Assembly (NCBI GenBank): GCA_964016885.1
Contig: CAXHJY010000050.1
Location: 1-64,000 of the forward strand
Reading direction: 5' to 3'
Source: Eledone cirrhosa
Taxonomy: Eukaryota
DNA: 64,000 nt
The notes under the pieces are model-generated. The model was not told the origin of the DNA. It did not search any database and saw only the letters and a list, made by a program, of their open reading frames with translations. Shown here one piece after another: positions 29,842 through 42,961 of the stretch (its first letter is position 1; the number at the start of each line of letters is the position of its first letter). Made by a program: the position numbers and the translations under genes.

Positions 29842-31479
29842 TTAGTTAATTAAGTCAAAAGGAATAAAATACATTATCAACTTCGGAGAGATTTGATCTC
29901 AGAATCTAAACATTTGAAATTAAATGCTGTTATGCTATTGAGTCATCATGTCTACTATTTTACTCTCCTTGGAGCTGCAGTAAGAGAAGTTGTGACGTGA
30001 TTACAATAAAAAATACCTGAAGGAGATACATTGACATCGAGATTGTCAGTGTTGATTGTAAAGGCAAAAAACTGGTTTATATGAATTTTTTTCTCGACAC
30101 TTGAAAATCTACTCAAAGAGATGAAAACTTGGAAGATAATTAGCTTTAATTTCACACAGTGTTGAATTTAAATGATTGTAAAATAGAAGTCGTTAATCGA
30201 GGAGTTTGGTGTCGATAAAGGATTCGTGCGAATGACTGCAAATCCACTGATTTTAATTATAGTATTGTCTGATTTACCGTTGGTCTGATTAAATTAGATT
30301 TAAGAACAATATGCTTGGACAAAATATAGTTTTTTTACTTCACAGTCATCTTAATTAGAAGTAACTTGTTCACCAACCTTCATATTCAGTTTACAATTAG
30401 TGTCTGTTGTTTCAGGTGAGATAACAACACAGTAAATTACTTCATGTATTTCATATAAACTATGGCGAATCTTGTTTTTCATCTTTAAGGAATCTACAGC
30501 CAAGTTATAAACACAATGCAGTCAGTTTCAGTTAAGCAAACAATGAAAGGCACACTCTCCGTAACAAATATCTTCCTTATCCTTTGAGTCATCCCTCAAT
30601 CGAAGGTGAAGCAGTTTCTTTGGCTTTTTCTAACAGCTGGAATATATGCAGATTGCCATACCTGTATACTCATAGATTTCTTCGCTAACTGGAGCAGTTG
30701 TGCCAACACATTGTCGTATTAATAGTCGATCCTCTGTGAAGCCACTGGTGTTCACGACACTGAGGTCATTTAATTAAACTGATGACCACTGCATGATCTA
30801 CTGCTTACTCTTTACAAAAAAAAGTAGACAAATATAAATATATGTATAGAATAACATTTAATAAAACAAACTATAATAGAAATACATCAATTTTAAAACC
30901 CATCGTAAAGGTTGAATAGTAGACGTTCGCAAGTATATTAAATGTTAAAATTATTTATATTTAACGTAAAATATCTGAAACATACAAAGGTAAATATTAT
31001 TCTTAGCAGCGGTGCAGCTGGTAAAATTGATCGCCAAATGTTAAATATATTTGGTTTTAATAGTTAGCGAAAGTAAAGTCAATAGAAATAGACAACCTTA
31101 AATAATATGAAAACGAAAACAAAATTTCATAATAATTCTGATGGAAATTAATATATTCTTTATCATATCGAAATATTTCATTCTTTGAATTAAAGATTCA
31201 TACTGGCCAAAAGTACTTCCGTGGAATGATCAATATTTGCTCTCAAAAACCAACGTTCGACCTGTTAACAGCGATTTGTAAACAGCAGCTTGTTGATATC
31301 TCCATAGCCGGAAGTGCCATAAATTTCAGTCTAGTTGTCATGGTGATCAAGTAACCACTTAACATTCACTGGTTTATTAAATATTTGTGTGAAAAAATTA
31401 TGATAATATTTTTCGTCCTTAACTCTCTGCAGTGAAAATGTTCTGAATATTCAGTTAGGTCGTAGACTGATTATACTGC

Positions 31480-31729
31480 AAGTGTCATAAGGAGAACTTA
31501 TTTGCAAACAAAGCTTTGTAGGCCCCCTTCTTTGCTCAGATGGCATCTTTGACCTCGGGCGTACGGTTAGAATGTCTCAGGAAAGAATGACTGGGCAGAT
31601 TTTATGAGCAAAACCAACAGGCAGGAGACTCAGTATTAGAACCGAAGCAAGATGTTTGGATAACATCCATGCGCTCGGCTGGTCTCGCTTAGGGAATAAG
31701 TGGATGAAGAAGAAGAAGAAGAAGAAGAA
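31480..31729 (+). mobile_element. RTE-clade LINE 3' fragment with (GAA)n tail
   Basis: Homologous to 46400-46570 (ggttagaatgtctcaggaaagaat..ggataacatccatg). Confidence 0.7.
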
Positions 31730-33057
31730 ATATTACTAATAAGAAGTGCTGTAGACTGACTCGAAACTGGGACAGTTTCTTAATTTGTTTTGTAAGTTAT
31801 GTTTTTAAGAGGGTTCAATACTTGAGATGCTGTAGCAACTCATTTACTTTAATTACTATTAGATTTCATAAGATATTTTCGTCTATTTTATGTAGACATC
31901 TGTTCCGTTCTGGGATATATAAACAAAACCCAACTTGAAGTTGCAACGCCGAAAGATAATGATAAAATTGACAAATGTTTTCCCAAGAGATTGTCAGTAA
32001 ATTCTCGAAAAATATTGATTATTAATCGCGAAGATTAAGCTGAATTATTCTATTTCTATGCTACTTCATCAGCGAAATTAGAGTATGTAGTAGTTCGATA
32101 TGGTACAGGTCTCAGGAGATATGAAGACTTCGTGTACTTTATAATTTCGTCTATATATGCCGCATAAAAAGAACTTTAAATTGAAGTGGGTCAAAAGTGT
32201 AACCTATAAACATATAGGTGACGTTAATTAATATATTGGTAATAATGTTTGCGTAAAGTCTTGGAGCTCTGCTTAATGATTTTACATTGCGACATGATGT
32301 GACATCGTCAAGAAATATTTCTTCAATGTTATCTACGCCAGATTTGTCAGGAAAACCATTGATTTATCGCTTTCTTTGTCACTATGATAAATTGTGAATG
32401 GTCAACATAATATCAACGACATGTGAGATTCATGTATCAGACTAAGATTAGTAAGTAGATAACTCGCTACAAGTATAGAAAGTCTGTAATAAAAATATCT
32501 GAGAGTTGTTGAAATATTGTTGTTGATGGTTGTTGTGAAAATTTCTTACAACACATAAACGTTAATACATCTTGTTATATAATTATACCAAAATGTTTTA
32601 AATTTTGAAATACTAATGTTTATTTAGTCTTATCAGACTCCCATATCGATAGATTTTCGAAAAGAATGTCTCGGTGTAAAACCGAATCGCAAAACATTGC
32701 AACTTTGGAAGAGTATTATTTTGAAGATATGAAGTCAGTGAGTTTCGAACTATGCATTGCATCTTACCAAACACATGTCAATATTTTATTGCTCCCCCTT
32801 CTTCCAGGAATGAATTATAATTTCACGTAGTGTATTGAGCTATTTAGTAACTGAGTATATGAGTTATGTCAGGCGGTGGATTGGCAGAGTCGTTAGAATA
32901 ATGAACAGAATCCATTGCAGATTTTCAATGGATGGTGTTTATTGAGTTCATTTTTTTAATAGCCCGTAACACTTGATGGAGTTGTAGGGGCGCCGTATTG
33001 ACACACGATATTTCTTGGGCATTTTAAACTAGCGGAGCCCATCTACTCTCCAGTGAA

Positions 33058-33295
33058 GGCACATGGTTTAGTGGTTAGAGGATTGGGCTAGCAATCGAAA
33101 GTTTGTGAGTTCAATTCTCGGACCGGGTGATGTGTTGTTTCCTTGAGCAAGACATTTTATTTCACATTGCTAGTTTACTCAGCTGTAGAAATGAGATGAT
33201 AGGACTGTGGTCCCTATCATTAAATTACCCAAGACACCTCCAACGATATACCTTGGAGAAGGCCAGCTAAACCTGCATAGGTGTGAGCTGTCACA
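33058..33295 (+). mobile_element. SINE family B
   Basis: A box tggtttagtggttaga, B box gagttcaattc, CORE-like region. The 3' part is also present at ~21180-21325. Confidence 0.82.
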
Positions 33296-33414
33296 CACAC
33301 ACACTCTCAAGGTGGTCGGAACACAGCAGACTTTTTCCAGGGAAGGATAGAAAATTAGAGAGGGAGAGACCGCAAGAGTGAGGGGGAAATGAGTAAAGGA
33401 TATAGAGGAAGAAT

Positions 33415-33566
33415 CGGCTCCAGTACTAGACAGTTATTATTATTTGTCGACTTCGAGTAAATGAAAGGCAAAGTTGGCCTCGATGGGATTTGAACTGAGA
33501 GAGAAGAGAGCCGAAACAAATACGGCAATTCTATCCGAGGTTCTAACGACTCTGCCAATCGCCGCC
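33415..33566 (-). mobile_element. SINE family A (diverged)
   Basis: atgaaaggcaaagttggcctcg..ggatttgaact..ctgccaatcgccgcc. Confidence 0.7.
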
Positions 33567-34235
33567 ATGTCGAGTGCATTACTTACAGAATAATTCTAAA
33601 GCTGCGTCATTTCAATACACTTAAATCTTCACATTTTAAGTTTTAACAAATTATTATCTCAAAGTAATTACACAAGCTGTGCGTGATAAGTTGAGTGTTT
33701 TTTTTTTGTTTAACTTAAAGTTAGTTGCTTATAAAATAAAATTGGAATAATTATTGATTTCTAGAAAATTCTTTCTGTTTGGCGTCATTTTGAGAATATT
33801 AGTGACTAGTTTTTCTCCTTCAGGAACAACGGCTTCAGTTGGAAAGAAAACAAACATGAATGTATGTTAGAGCCGGATGTTGTTATGAGAGTCCAAAAAT
33901 AAAGAACGAAGAGAGTAAACGATATAGTTGTAAGAGAGAGAAAGAGAGAGAGACCGAAAGGAAGTGAGATGAGAGATATAGAGAGAAAGAAAACTTGAGT
34001 GAATGAGAGAGAGAGAGAGAACGAGAGAGAGAGAGATATATGAAATTTTTTTTTCGTTTTGTCTGCAATCATAGGAATCCGTGTTCGGTTTCACCGCGTG
34101 GCATCTTTAGAAATGTCTTTTACCATAGCAACGGTTCGACACTAGACTTGGGAGTGTAAATGAATATTGAGTAACTGCATGGAGACTCGATAGAAGGACT
34201 GTACATGTAATTCAATGGTATTACATTAAGTCTAC

Positions 34236-34425
34236 GGCGGTGAATTGGCAGTATCGGTAGAGGGTCGGACGCCATGCTTTCCAGCATAGAGTTACGGCAC
34301 TTGCCATTCTGAGTTTAAATCCCGCCGAGGTTAACTTTGCCTTTCATCCTTACGGGGTCGATAAAATAAAGTACCAGTAATGCACTGGATAATTGCTGGC
34401 CTTGTGCCAAAAGTAGAAACAATTA
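34236..34425 (+). mobile_element. Full-length SINE family A with TSD
   Basis: ggcggtgaattggcagtatcgg..agtagaaacaatt, with attaagtcta on both sides. Confidence 0.92.
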
Positions 34426-34565
34426 TATTAAGTCTATAAAACAAACTATGTTAAGGGTACACATAACAATAGAATATTAAAACATTTTGGACGATAATTC
34501 AATGAGTAAGTAGTTTATGTGATGAAATAATTGGACGAATGCCCATCGTATTTGACTCATGAATT

Positions 34566-34754
34566 TACCAGTTTCTATATCTAATCCGGCACTATATTTA
34601 ACTATATTTCATCTAACATTCACCAGTTTCTATATCTAATCCGGCACTATATTTAACTATATTTCATCTAACATTCACCAGTTTCTATATATAATCCTGC
34701 ACTATATTTAACTATATTTCATCTAATATTCACCAGTTCCTATGTCTAATCCGG
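34566..34754. repeat. 55-bp minisatellite x3.4
   Basis: Unit caccagtttctatatctaatccggcactatatttaactatatttcatctaacatt starts at 34566, 34621, 34676 and 34731. Confidence 0.95.
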
Positions 34755-34923
34755 TAAAGGGTCGGACGCCATTCTTTGCAGCAAAGAGTTACGGCCCTTT
34801 ACGATCTGAGTTCAAATGCCGCCGAGGTTAACTTTGCCTTTCATCCTTACGGTGTCGATAAAATAAAGTACCAGTAATGCAATGGGTAATTGCTGGCCTT
34901 GTGCCAAAAGTAGAAACAATTAT
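34752..34923 (+). mobile_element. SINE family A
   Basis: B box, core and 3' end. Confidence 0.88.
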
Positions 34924-34994
34924 TATATATTATAAGAAAATTATATTATTATATATTATAAGAAAATTATGTTATTATTATTATATATTATATA

Positions 34995-35808
34995 CTAGCA
35001 GTAAAGCCCGGCGTTGCTCGGGGTTGCTCAGTAGCTGTGTTAAAGTTACAATGTTAAGTTTCTTTTTTGGCTTAAAAACTGTAGTGTCTACTGTGCAGAC
35101 TTGCATGTGGTGTTTTTGATTAATATTCCCTCAACCAACAATATGCCTAATGAAGTTAAGAAAACATAACGATAACCCGAATGTTATAACAAAAGAGGAT
35201 GCTGGGGATAAAAACTGCACTGGTTATTTATTAACAAAGATCGAAAATGTAAACACTGCAACGCAGAGAAAAACATTAGCGTAACCAAATTATCAGTTAT
35301 GTATGTCTGCACGCCTATATCACCTCTCTGCACGACTGTCTGTCTGCACGCCTGAAATATTTGCTTGTTTTACGTAGTCTTTAAATAGACTTGTTTTCAA
35401 GTAAAAATATTGTTTTAAAATGCTTTTAAATGGAAATGAAGCAAAACGGAAGCTTAGTGTTCGAACTGATGAATTTTGCAGGTCAATATTTTGCTGGCTC
35501 GACAACTGTTCGTGTATTGTGTTAATGTCATTTTAAACGCTGAGAAAGCCAGCGTAATTTTTTACGTAAGACGCTCAATGTAAACAGAACAAAGGGAAAT
35601 AACTGATAACTTACGCTCAAAAATCGATACATTATATTCGATTTCGTCACATAGGGTGGGTCAATTTGAAATATTTTTTTCCGATGCCTTCGCTAGGGCT
35701 CAATGTACAAGTATAGCAATTTCGGTGCAATTCCGTCAGAGATTCTAAGAGGAGATGTGTGCCAAAATTCGATAGACAGACAGACAACCACAGTTTTATA
35801 TATATAGA
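34995..35808 (-). mobile_element. Non-autonomous Helitron
   Basis: Minus strand starts TCtatatatataaaactg and ends with the cccgagcaacgccggg hairpin plus CTAG, in A|T context. Its 3' ~300 bp is shared with 47466-48393. Confidence 0.9.
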
Positions 35809-36047
35809 TTATAAGAAAATTATATTATTATTATTATTGGTCTAATCGGACGTATTTTGCTCGCTCCCAGTAAGTCGCTTTATTTGCCTGTTAAAATTAT
35901 TTGTTGTTAAATATTTCTTGTTGTGTAAGGGATATAAGCCCTTAGACTTTGCCCTGTTAAGGGGAAAGTATAATATTTGGGCCTTTTGGCCCAACTATTT
36001 CAACTTTTTTTACATTTTAAAAATTTTACGGAGAAAAAAAAAAAAAC

Positions 36048-37172
36048 ATGGCTGAGCCACGCCCCCATCGATATGTCTACTGTCGTGCGACAACGACGTA
36101 GAAGATGAGAGGAGCGCTACAGCGAAATTAACACAAATTGATAACACAAACACCATCACAAACAATGTAAACAAAGACACCAATGATACCAATGAGAACT
36201 CTAATTTTGAAAAAAAATGACAGTAACAGCGACAACGAAAATACAGATAACAAAAATAAAATGACAAATGCAACAACAATATCAACACCACTAACATGAA
36301 AACAAATAGCGACAACACCAACAGCAACAATACCAACTGCACCGAGAACAACAGTGGCAACAAAGACAACAATTATAACAGCGACAGTGATAACAACAAC
36401 ACCAACAAGAACAACGACAACACCTCCAACGAAAACAAGAAGAACACTTTCGCTGCGGCAGCAGCAAAAAAAGAGGCCATACTTCAACATGGACCTCTCA
36501 AACAAAGATGAAAAGTTGGCCCAGGCATGGAAGCTCATCAAGCAAGAGCAAACCTGGGCCAACTTAACTGTCCCGGTAGAAGCTATTGAGGCAGTGGAGC
36601 GCAGAACGGTGCATTATAGATGCATCTCAGCACAAACCAAAAGGGCAGCATTAATCCCACAAGCAGATTTCGAAGTCGCGCTGAGGTGCATCAGAGAAGA
36701 CACCGAATACATAGAGAGGGGCAGACAGTACGGCACCATTTCGATATTGTTCAAGTCAGAAGCCCTCGCTATGACTCCTTGCAAAACCAGCATGGTCATA
36801 ATGTACCCCTCCCACATGGGAAAAAGAACGGCCCGTCTCCGCATTCCCAGAATCCCACCAGAACTTGACATGTGGTGGCTTCTGGGATGTGTGATTGTGG
36901 AGGGGACGGATACCGTCCCTATAGAAGTGACCAGAACGGCCAGAGAGGACTGGTCCGGAGTTGACCTGGAGATCCTTCTCCAGATCAGGCCCGAGAATGT
37001 GAAGACAATCCCGGACCACATCCGCCTTCAGAATGGGACGATCATTCACATTATGACCGAAGGCAAAAGGCGGCAGTGTTTTGTTTGTGGGGAAAGGCTC
37101 CACTGCTGCCGACGCCGGGGCGAGGACCATAACCAACACCAGCACCGGCAAAACCACCAACAACACCAATAG
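36048..37172 (+). pseudogene. LINE ORF1 (Gag-like), frameshifted
   Basis: Asn/Thr-rich N-terminus, TFAAAAAKK, a globular region and a degenerate zinc knuckle CFVCGERLHC. Split over several frames, and the start at ATG 36048 is inferred. Confidence 0.7.
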
Positions 37173-37953
37173 AAAGACCACCACCAACATTGACCACCCA
37201 GGGAGGAAACGAGGAAAGCTGTCAAATTCCCCCTCCCCCCAAAATACACTCACGAATAAAACCATAAACATACACACAGACACACTTACAGACACAGACC
37301 CCTCATCTACCAGTAGTGAAGATGAGGGAAAACCCAAATCCCCAAAATGCAAAACTAGGAAACACAAAAAGAAAAAAAAACTCACAAAGCACAAAATCAT
37401 CCACAATACAAAACGCAGACACCACCCACGCAAACATCTCTCCAATAACACCAACATCAACACCACAATCACCATCACCAGAATCCCCCAAACGCAAACA
37501 ACCTAAACAGACGCAAGAATATATATACACAAACATCTGAAACCACAGACACAACCGAAACAACACCACCAAAACCATCACCACCACAGCCACGCAAACA
37601 AATAAAATCACACCAACAAAACATACAAACTTCGTGCTCGTCTGGAGGGCCGACAAGGAACTGATGGCCCTCGTAGCACAAAGTGAAAATATACAAAAAG
37701 GGGGAATTTTTAAATCGAGCACATTTCGCGTGCCGGAAGATTTGGTACTGGTGCGAATGCCGCTCTATTTATACAAAGAAATACGAGACAGCTTTCCTCA
37801 GAACGTGGGAACCCCGAACGTAAAACCCACTTCAAGACTTTTAAAGGGGTTCCCAAAAGAAACCCCACCAACTATGGAGGTCGAACAACCCGACCTTCAC
37901 AAGAGCCCGGAAGGTAAGTAAACCTTTCCTCTCTCTCTTTTTAACCTGCCAAC

Positions 37954-40900
37954 ATGGCCGTATTAAGAGTAGGATGTTTAAATGTTCGAGGCCTGGGATC
38001 GTCCTGGAAGCAGGGTCACCTGCTCAACGACCTCAGATCTATAGAAATGGATATAATTGCCATCAGCGAGACCGGGATTTCCGACACGCGCGCACTAGCC
38101 CCCATGTTCGATGACTATCAGACCATTGCATCTGTTAGCCGGCCGGGAATGGGAGGCGGGGTGGCAGTGCTGTTTAGGAAAGGCCTGGATCTCGAGGTAA
38201 GGTCGATCTTCCGGGACCCGGACGGGAAGTTGGTGGTCCTGGACGTGAACAATAACGAAGGTGGTGCCTTTAGACTGGTGGCCGTCTATGCTCCTACTGG
38301 GGCAGGACGGCCGGACTTCTTTAGACGCCTGGAAGCCTTTCTGGGTACGTCTCGCCCTTTACTGTTAGCGGGGGACTGGAACGGCATCTTAGACGCACGC
38401 TGGGACTGTGTGGGAGTATCCGATAGGAGCGGGGGGTGGGTGGGGGGTACAAAAGCCTCAAGAACCTGATCAGCCAGTTCCAACTGTCTGACAGGTACCG
38501 ACTAGATTTCCCTAATGCGCCAGTATGGACCTGGACTAACCACATAGGGTCATCTAGATCGTATATAGACAGGATATTCATTAGGAAAATAGACAGAAAT
38601 AGCGTAAGCTGTCCACGTTTTGAAACGGTCGCCTATTCAGCTGAGAAGTTTGTGATCTGTATGGTCAACCTAGATAAGACGCGTAGGTTAGGACCTGGTT
38701 ACTGGAAGCTAAACATGTCATTTCCGGTACGTAAGGCGTACAGGGACCAGGTCAACAATTTAGTTAAGAAAAAGTTGACAGGGGGAGTCGTCAACAATAG
38801 ATGGTGGGGGGCTCTCAAAAGAGAGATTAGAGTAATGTCGATAGAGTTTAGCAAAGAAGTAGCGTTAGAGAAAAATAGAAAGGAGGGGGAGTTGGTAGAT
38901 AAGTTAGACGAGGCTATTGGTAGTGGCATTGCAACTGACGTGCTAGCGGCGAGAATGGCATTAGACCATTTCTTCAATGCGAAACACGAAGATTGCATTG
39001 TCAGAGCTAAAGCGCGTGCTCTGAGAAACGAGGGAACCAAAGCTGTTCGATGGGCCCACGTGGCAGAGGCGCAGCGTGGTAATAAAACCACGATTCGGTC
39101 TTTGACGGACCGAGACGGACACGAGCTGAGCGATTCCAAGCGGATGTGTGAGGTCTTTCGCCAACATTTTGCTCGGTTATTCGGGGGAAGTGGCGGGCCA
39201 GAGATGGTGGTGGACTTCAGTCCCTACCTTGATGGTTTGCCGCAACTCTCGACAGCTGACGCTGGGCGCTGCAAAAGGCCAAGTCGGCTGCATGAGGCGC
39301 AAGTCACCTGGTTTGGATGGTCTGCCCTACGATCTTTACGTAAATATGCCAGACTTGTTCTCCAATCTACTCGAAGCCCTCTACTGCAACTGGCAGCAAC
39401 ACGGGAGTATTCCCAGTTCTGTGAGCCGGGGCGTAGTGACGCTGATAAGGAAAGACGAGAACAAGAGGGACACATTAGACAATTTCAGGCCCATAACTCT
39501 GCTCAACACAGAGTTTAAGATTTTGGCCAGGGTGTTAGCGAAGAGGTTGGCGCTTGTCGTCGGGGATTTGGTTGGGGAGGCGCAAACTTGCGCAATCCCA
39601 ACCAGGTCCATACACGACAACCTCCACCTAATGCGATACATCATAGAGAGGGTAGGGTGTAAACCTGGCTTCGGTGGGGCTCTGATCAATTTGGATCAAT
39701 CGAAAGCATTCAATAGGGTCGACCATCAGTACCTGGAGGCTGTCCTCAAGGCGGCTGGCTTCGGCCCCGTCTTCAGAAGCTGGATCGCTGCAATGCACAG
39801 CGACACCTGCTCGATGGTCAAAATTAATGGCCACTTCGCGGAACCGTTTCAGGTCTCCCGATCGGTCCGTTAAGGGTGCCCTCTCTCCTCCCTTCTGTTC
39901 GTATTGACTCTCGAGCCTTTACTGCAGAAGCTGGAGCTGTTGCAGGGCATCCCGCTCGAATCGGGACGCGGAAAGGCTGTGTCGGCTTTTGCGGACGACA
40001 TCAGCGTAATGGTGTCGGACACCTCAGAAATCGAGGTGGTCGGCAACTTATTGGAGGATTATGAAAGGTTGACGGGAGCAAAACTTAACCCGGAAAAGTC
40101 GGTGGGCTTGCAACTCGGCACCTGGAGAGGCAAGGCCATGCCGCCAACCGCATCGTTAGGCGCTGGACAGGCGGACCGGTAAAGTTGCTCGGGGTTTGGT
40201 TCGGGCCAGACCTCCAGGTGGGTAAGAATTGGGACGAGGTGACGGGCAGGGTAGCCAGTCTCACCCAGAAATGGGCTGGGATGAAGCTATCACTGAAAGG
40301 TCGGGTGGAGGTGGCTACCGCGTACATCGCGTCCGTCATCTACTACCGTCTGACCGTCGTCCCTTGCCCCCGTTCGCGCCTCGCCATCTTGGAGCGGCTC
40401 CTCTTCAAATTCTTGTGGAAGGGTCAGGTTCCGCTGGTGAGGCGGTCCATCTGCTGCCAGCACCCTTTACCTGGAGAGATGGGCATGCCGTGGCTAATGA
40501 TGCGCAGGCACGCGCTGAAGCTGCGGCATCTCCAGATATTCTGCCTAAACGGTGAACAGGTGTGGTCGCCGTTTGTCAGACTGGCTTTCCGCAGTTCGTT
40601 TCTTTGACTGAGCTGCAGTCCTGGGTCAAGAAGAGACCGAGATTGGGTGACTGGCATCTGGAATGTTGCCAGGCACTCACTGCCCTCTACCAGGCGGGCA
40701 ATGCGGTCAGTGGAATTTCCACTCTCGAGTTCTATAGAGGATTAGTGGTGGGCAAGTGCAACGACGCACTCGCAGAGCCTCTGGGAGTCAACGAAGTCGA
40801 ACTAACTAGTCTGTACTGGAAGACTTTCGAGCCGGGGACGATGGATAATTTCCAAAAATCCTTCGCTTGACAGTGCTACCGGGGGAAACTGCCGGTTCGA

Positions 40901-41357
40901 GATAAACTCTACAGGCACGGAAGTGCTGTCAGATGGACCTGCCCGAGATGCGCGCAGAACGACGAAACCGTTATGCACGCACTCGTCCAGTGTCCGTGCA
41001 TTACTGATTTGTGGAGTTATGTTGAACAGCTGTTGTCGCGTGTAGAACGGATCCGGCTATCGGCCGAGTCTATAGTGAAGATCGACCCGCCGCCTTCTTT
41101 TGGCCAGGAAGGGCAGGCAATTTTCCTCTGTCTGGTGGCAGTAGCGAAAGAGGTTGTATGGTGGACAAGGTTGAAAGGACTGAAGACAGACACTTTTCTC
41201 TTCGGCCAATCCCTCATCAACTTCTTCAAGTCTCACTTGGAAAGGAAGGTGAGGGTGGAGAGAGAAGTGCTGCCCCCCCAGTACATTTGCTGAAAGGTGG
41301 GTGAATGTGGCGAGAATGGCCCGTGTGAGTGGGCCTACTCTGGTCATGCGGCTGTAG
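37954..41357 (+). pseudogene. LINE ORF2: AP endonuclease, reverse transcriptase and CCHC finger, with multiple frameshifts and stops
   Basis: APE motifs LNVRGL, ISET, VYAP, GDWN and YIDRIF. RT motifs KSPGLDGLP, NFRPITLLN, LDQSKAFNRVDH, VR*GCPLS and AFADDI. C-terminal CPRC..ETVMHALVQC. Confidence 0.93.
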
Positions 41358-42054
41358 GTAGGTACATTTGAGGAGGAGAGGGCTGCCCTTCCAGGGTGCT
41401 CTCGAAGCGTCGGGTAGTTCAGGATTGGTGGGTTACCTGAGCGAACCCTGGGTGGTCATCCCCCCTATTGGGGAATTTTTTCTTGTAATTTTCTTGTTAC
41501 TTTGTTATTGTTATTCATATTGTTTACTCGATTTTTCTGTAAAACCCCACTGTCCCAGTATTTTGTATTGTCCCCTATATGTCGGCCCTTGTGGCCAATA
41601 AATGAAATCATTATATATTATGAGAAAATTATATTATTATTATTATATATTATAATTAATGATATTATATATTATATTATTAAAACAAAATATAATGAAA
41701 GTTAAAACAATATGTAGGGATGACAAGATTTTCGGACCACCCTGTATATGTAATAAGGCAATCTACCGTTTGTATATTTGTTACGGCACTCTCATGTAAC
41801 TATATTTCATCTAACCCCAAGTATAAGCTTTCTAGATTTAATCCGGCAAAAACGGTTTCTATGTTTAGTTCATGACTCTAGTTTTTTTCATATATTTTTT
41901 TCTGATACTCTAAAGTTTATACTTTTAATACGGCACTCCAGGTTATCTACATTTAATCCGGCACTGTAAATATTTAGCATTTAATTTGTCACTTAATATT
42001 TTAATATTTAAGTTCTTTATATCTAAAAGACATTTATCGTTTTCTACATATAAT

Positions 42055-42238
42055 CAGACCTGTAAACTCTTCCCATCCGACGGGGATATCTCACACGCAC
42101 TTTGGGATGGGTGAGAGATGTCTTCTCTTGTATAACTTTCATTATATAAAATCTCTCCATTTTGTCTTATTTCTCCCTGTTTTAGGGCACATTTTTCATA
42201 GTACTCCTAGTTTGGGTTTTTAGAAATTGGCAGGTCTG
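42055..42238. mobile_element. CAGACCTG-TIR MITE
   Basis: cagacctgtaaac ... attggcaggtctg, with flanking direct repeat tataat. Confidence 0.85.
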
Positions 42239-42760
42239 TATAATCGAAAACAGACACATTCAGCTTTATTTATCCACCATTATAAGCATTGCACTTATGA
42301 CCCGGAACTATCAAGTTTATCTATGCATTCAGACTCTTTATAGTATTTTGCGATCACAGAATTTAAACTTTCCCCGACTAAATCTATTGGGAAATTAAAG
42401 GTAGAAAGTCTAAAAAATATACCGTCAAATGTTGAATATCTACAGTGTCACATTGTAGAAACATTTGAGAGGTGGATTAAACCTAAAACCCATAGAGTGC
42501 CAGATAAAATTACAATAGCATAATTTGTCGGATTAAATAATCCGGTACTTCAGGTTATCTATATTTGGGCTTAATATATTGATTCCGTCTCATTAGGTTT
42601 TTATCCGACACTATCCGATTTATATGTTTAATCCTAGGTTATCTAGTATGGTTGCTACATATAATCCAACTACTTAAGATTTCTACGATTATTTCGGCAG
42701 TGTGTAAATTCCACGTTTTAATCCGGCGATCTGCATTTCCTTTCTGTAAAGAGGCCATCT

Positions 42761-42961
42761 GTAAGGGTTGCCTTGAAAGGTTTATAGGCTGACTATGAAG
42801 GATTGACTCTTGAGCTGTGAAAACTTGTATGCATTAATTTCAACTCTTCTTATTAATAACTGCATTGTTCCTTTCCAGAGACTATGTTGAAAAATAAACC
42901 ATATGTGGTCATTCCATTAGAGTATCTTGGTCAGCCTATGAACTTTTCAGCCAACCCTGTA
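42761..42961. mobile_element. Mariner-type MITE
   Basis: agggttgccttgaaaggtttataggctgac ... gtcagcctatgaacttttcagccaaccctg-TA. Confidence 0.8.

Larger units (their letters stand above)
35839..41609 (+). mobile_element. Near full-length L1/Tx1-type LINE, decayed
   Basis: 5' UTR, ORF1, APE-RT-CCHC ORF2, AATAAA at 41597 and a probable ~37-bp TSD. Confidence 0.93.

Noticed and set aside
29955-30155. 66-aa minus-strand ORF as a host terminal exon
   Set aside because: No recognisable homology or convincing splice acceptor.
30778-30810. Isolated CTGATGA matches here and near 4518, 28448 and 35466
   Set aside because: None has a hairpin followed by GAAA and a pairing stem I.
36010-37722. Hydrophobic minus-strand ORFs resembling membrane proteins
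   Set aside because: They are antisense shadows of the A/C-rich LINE ORF1 region.
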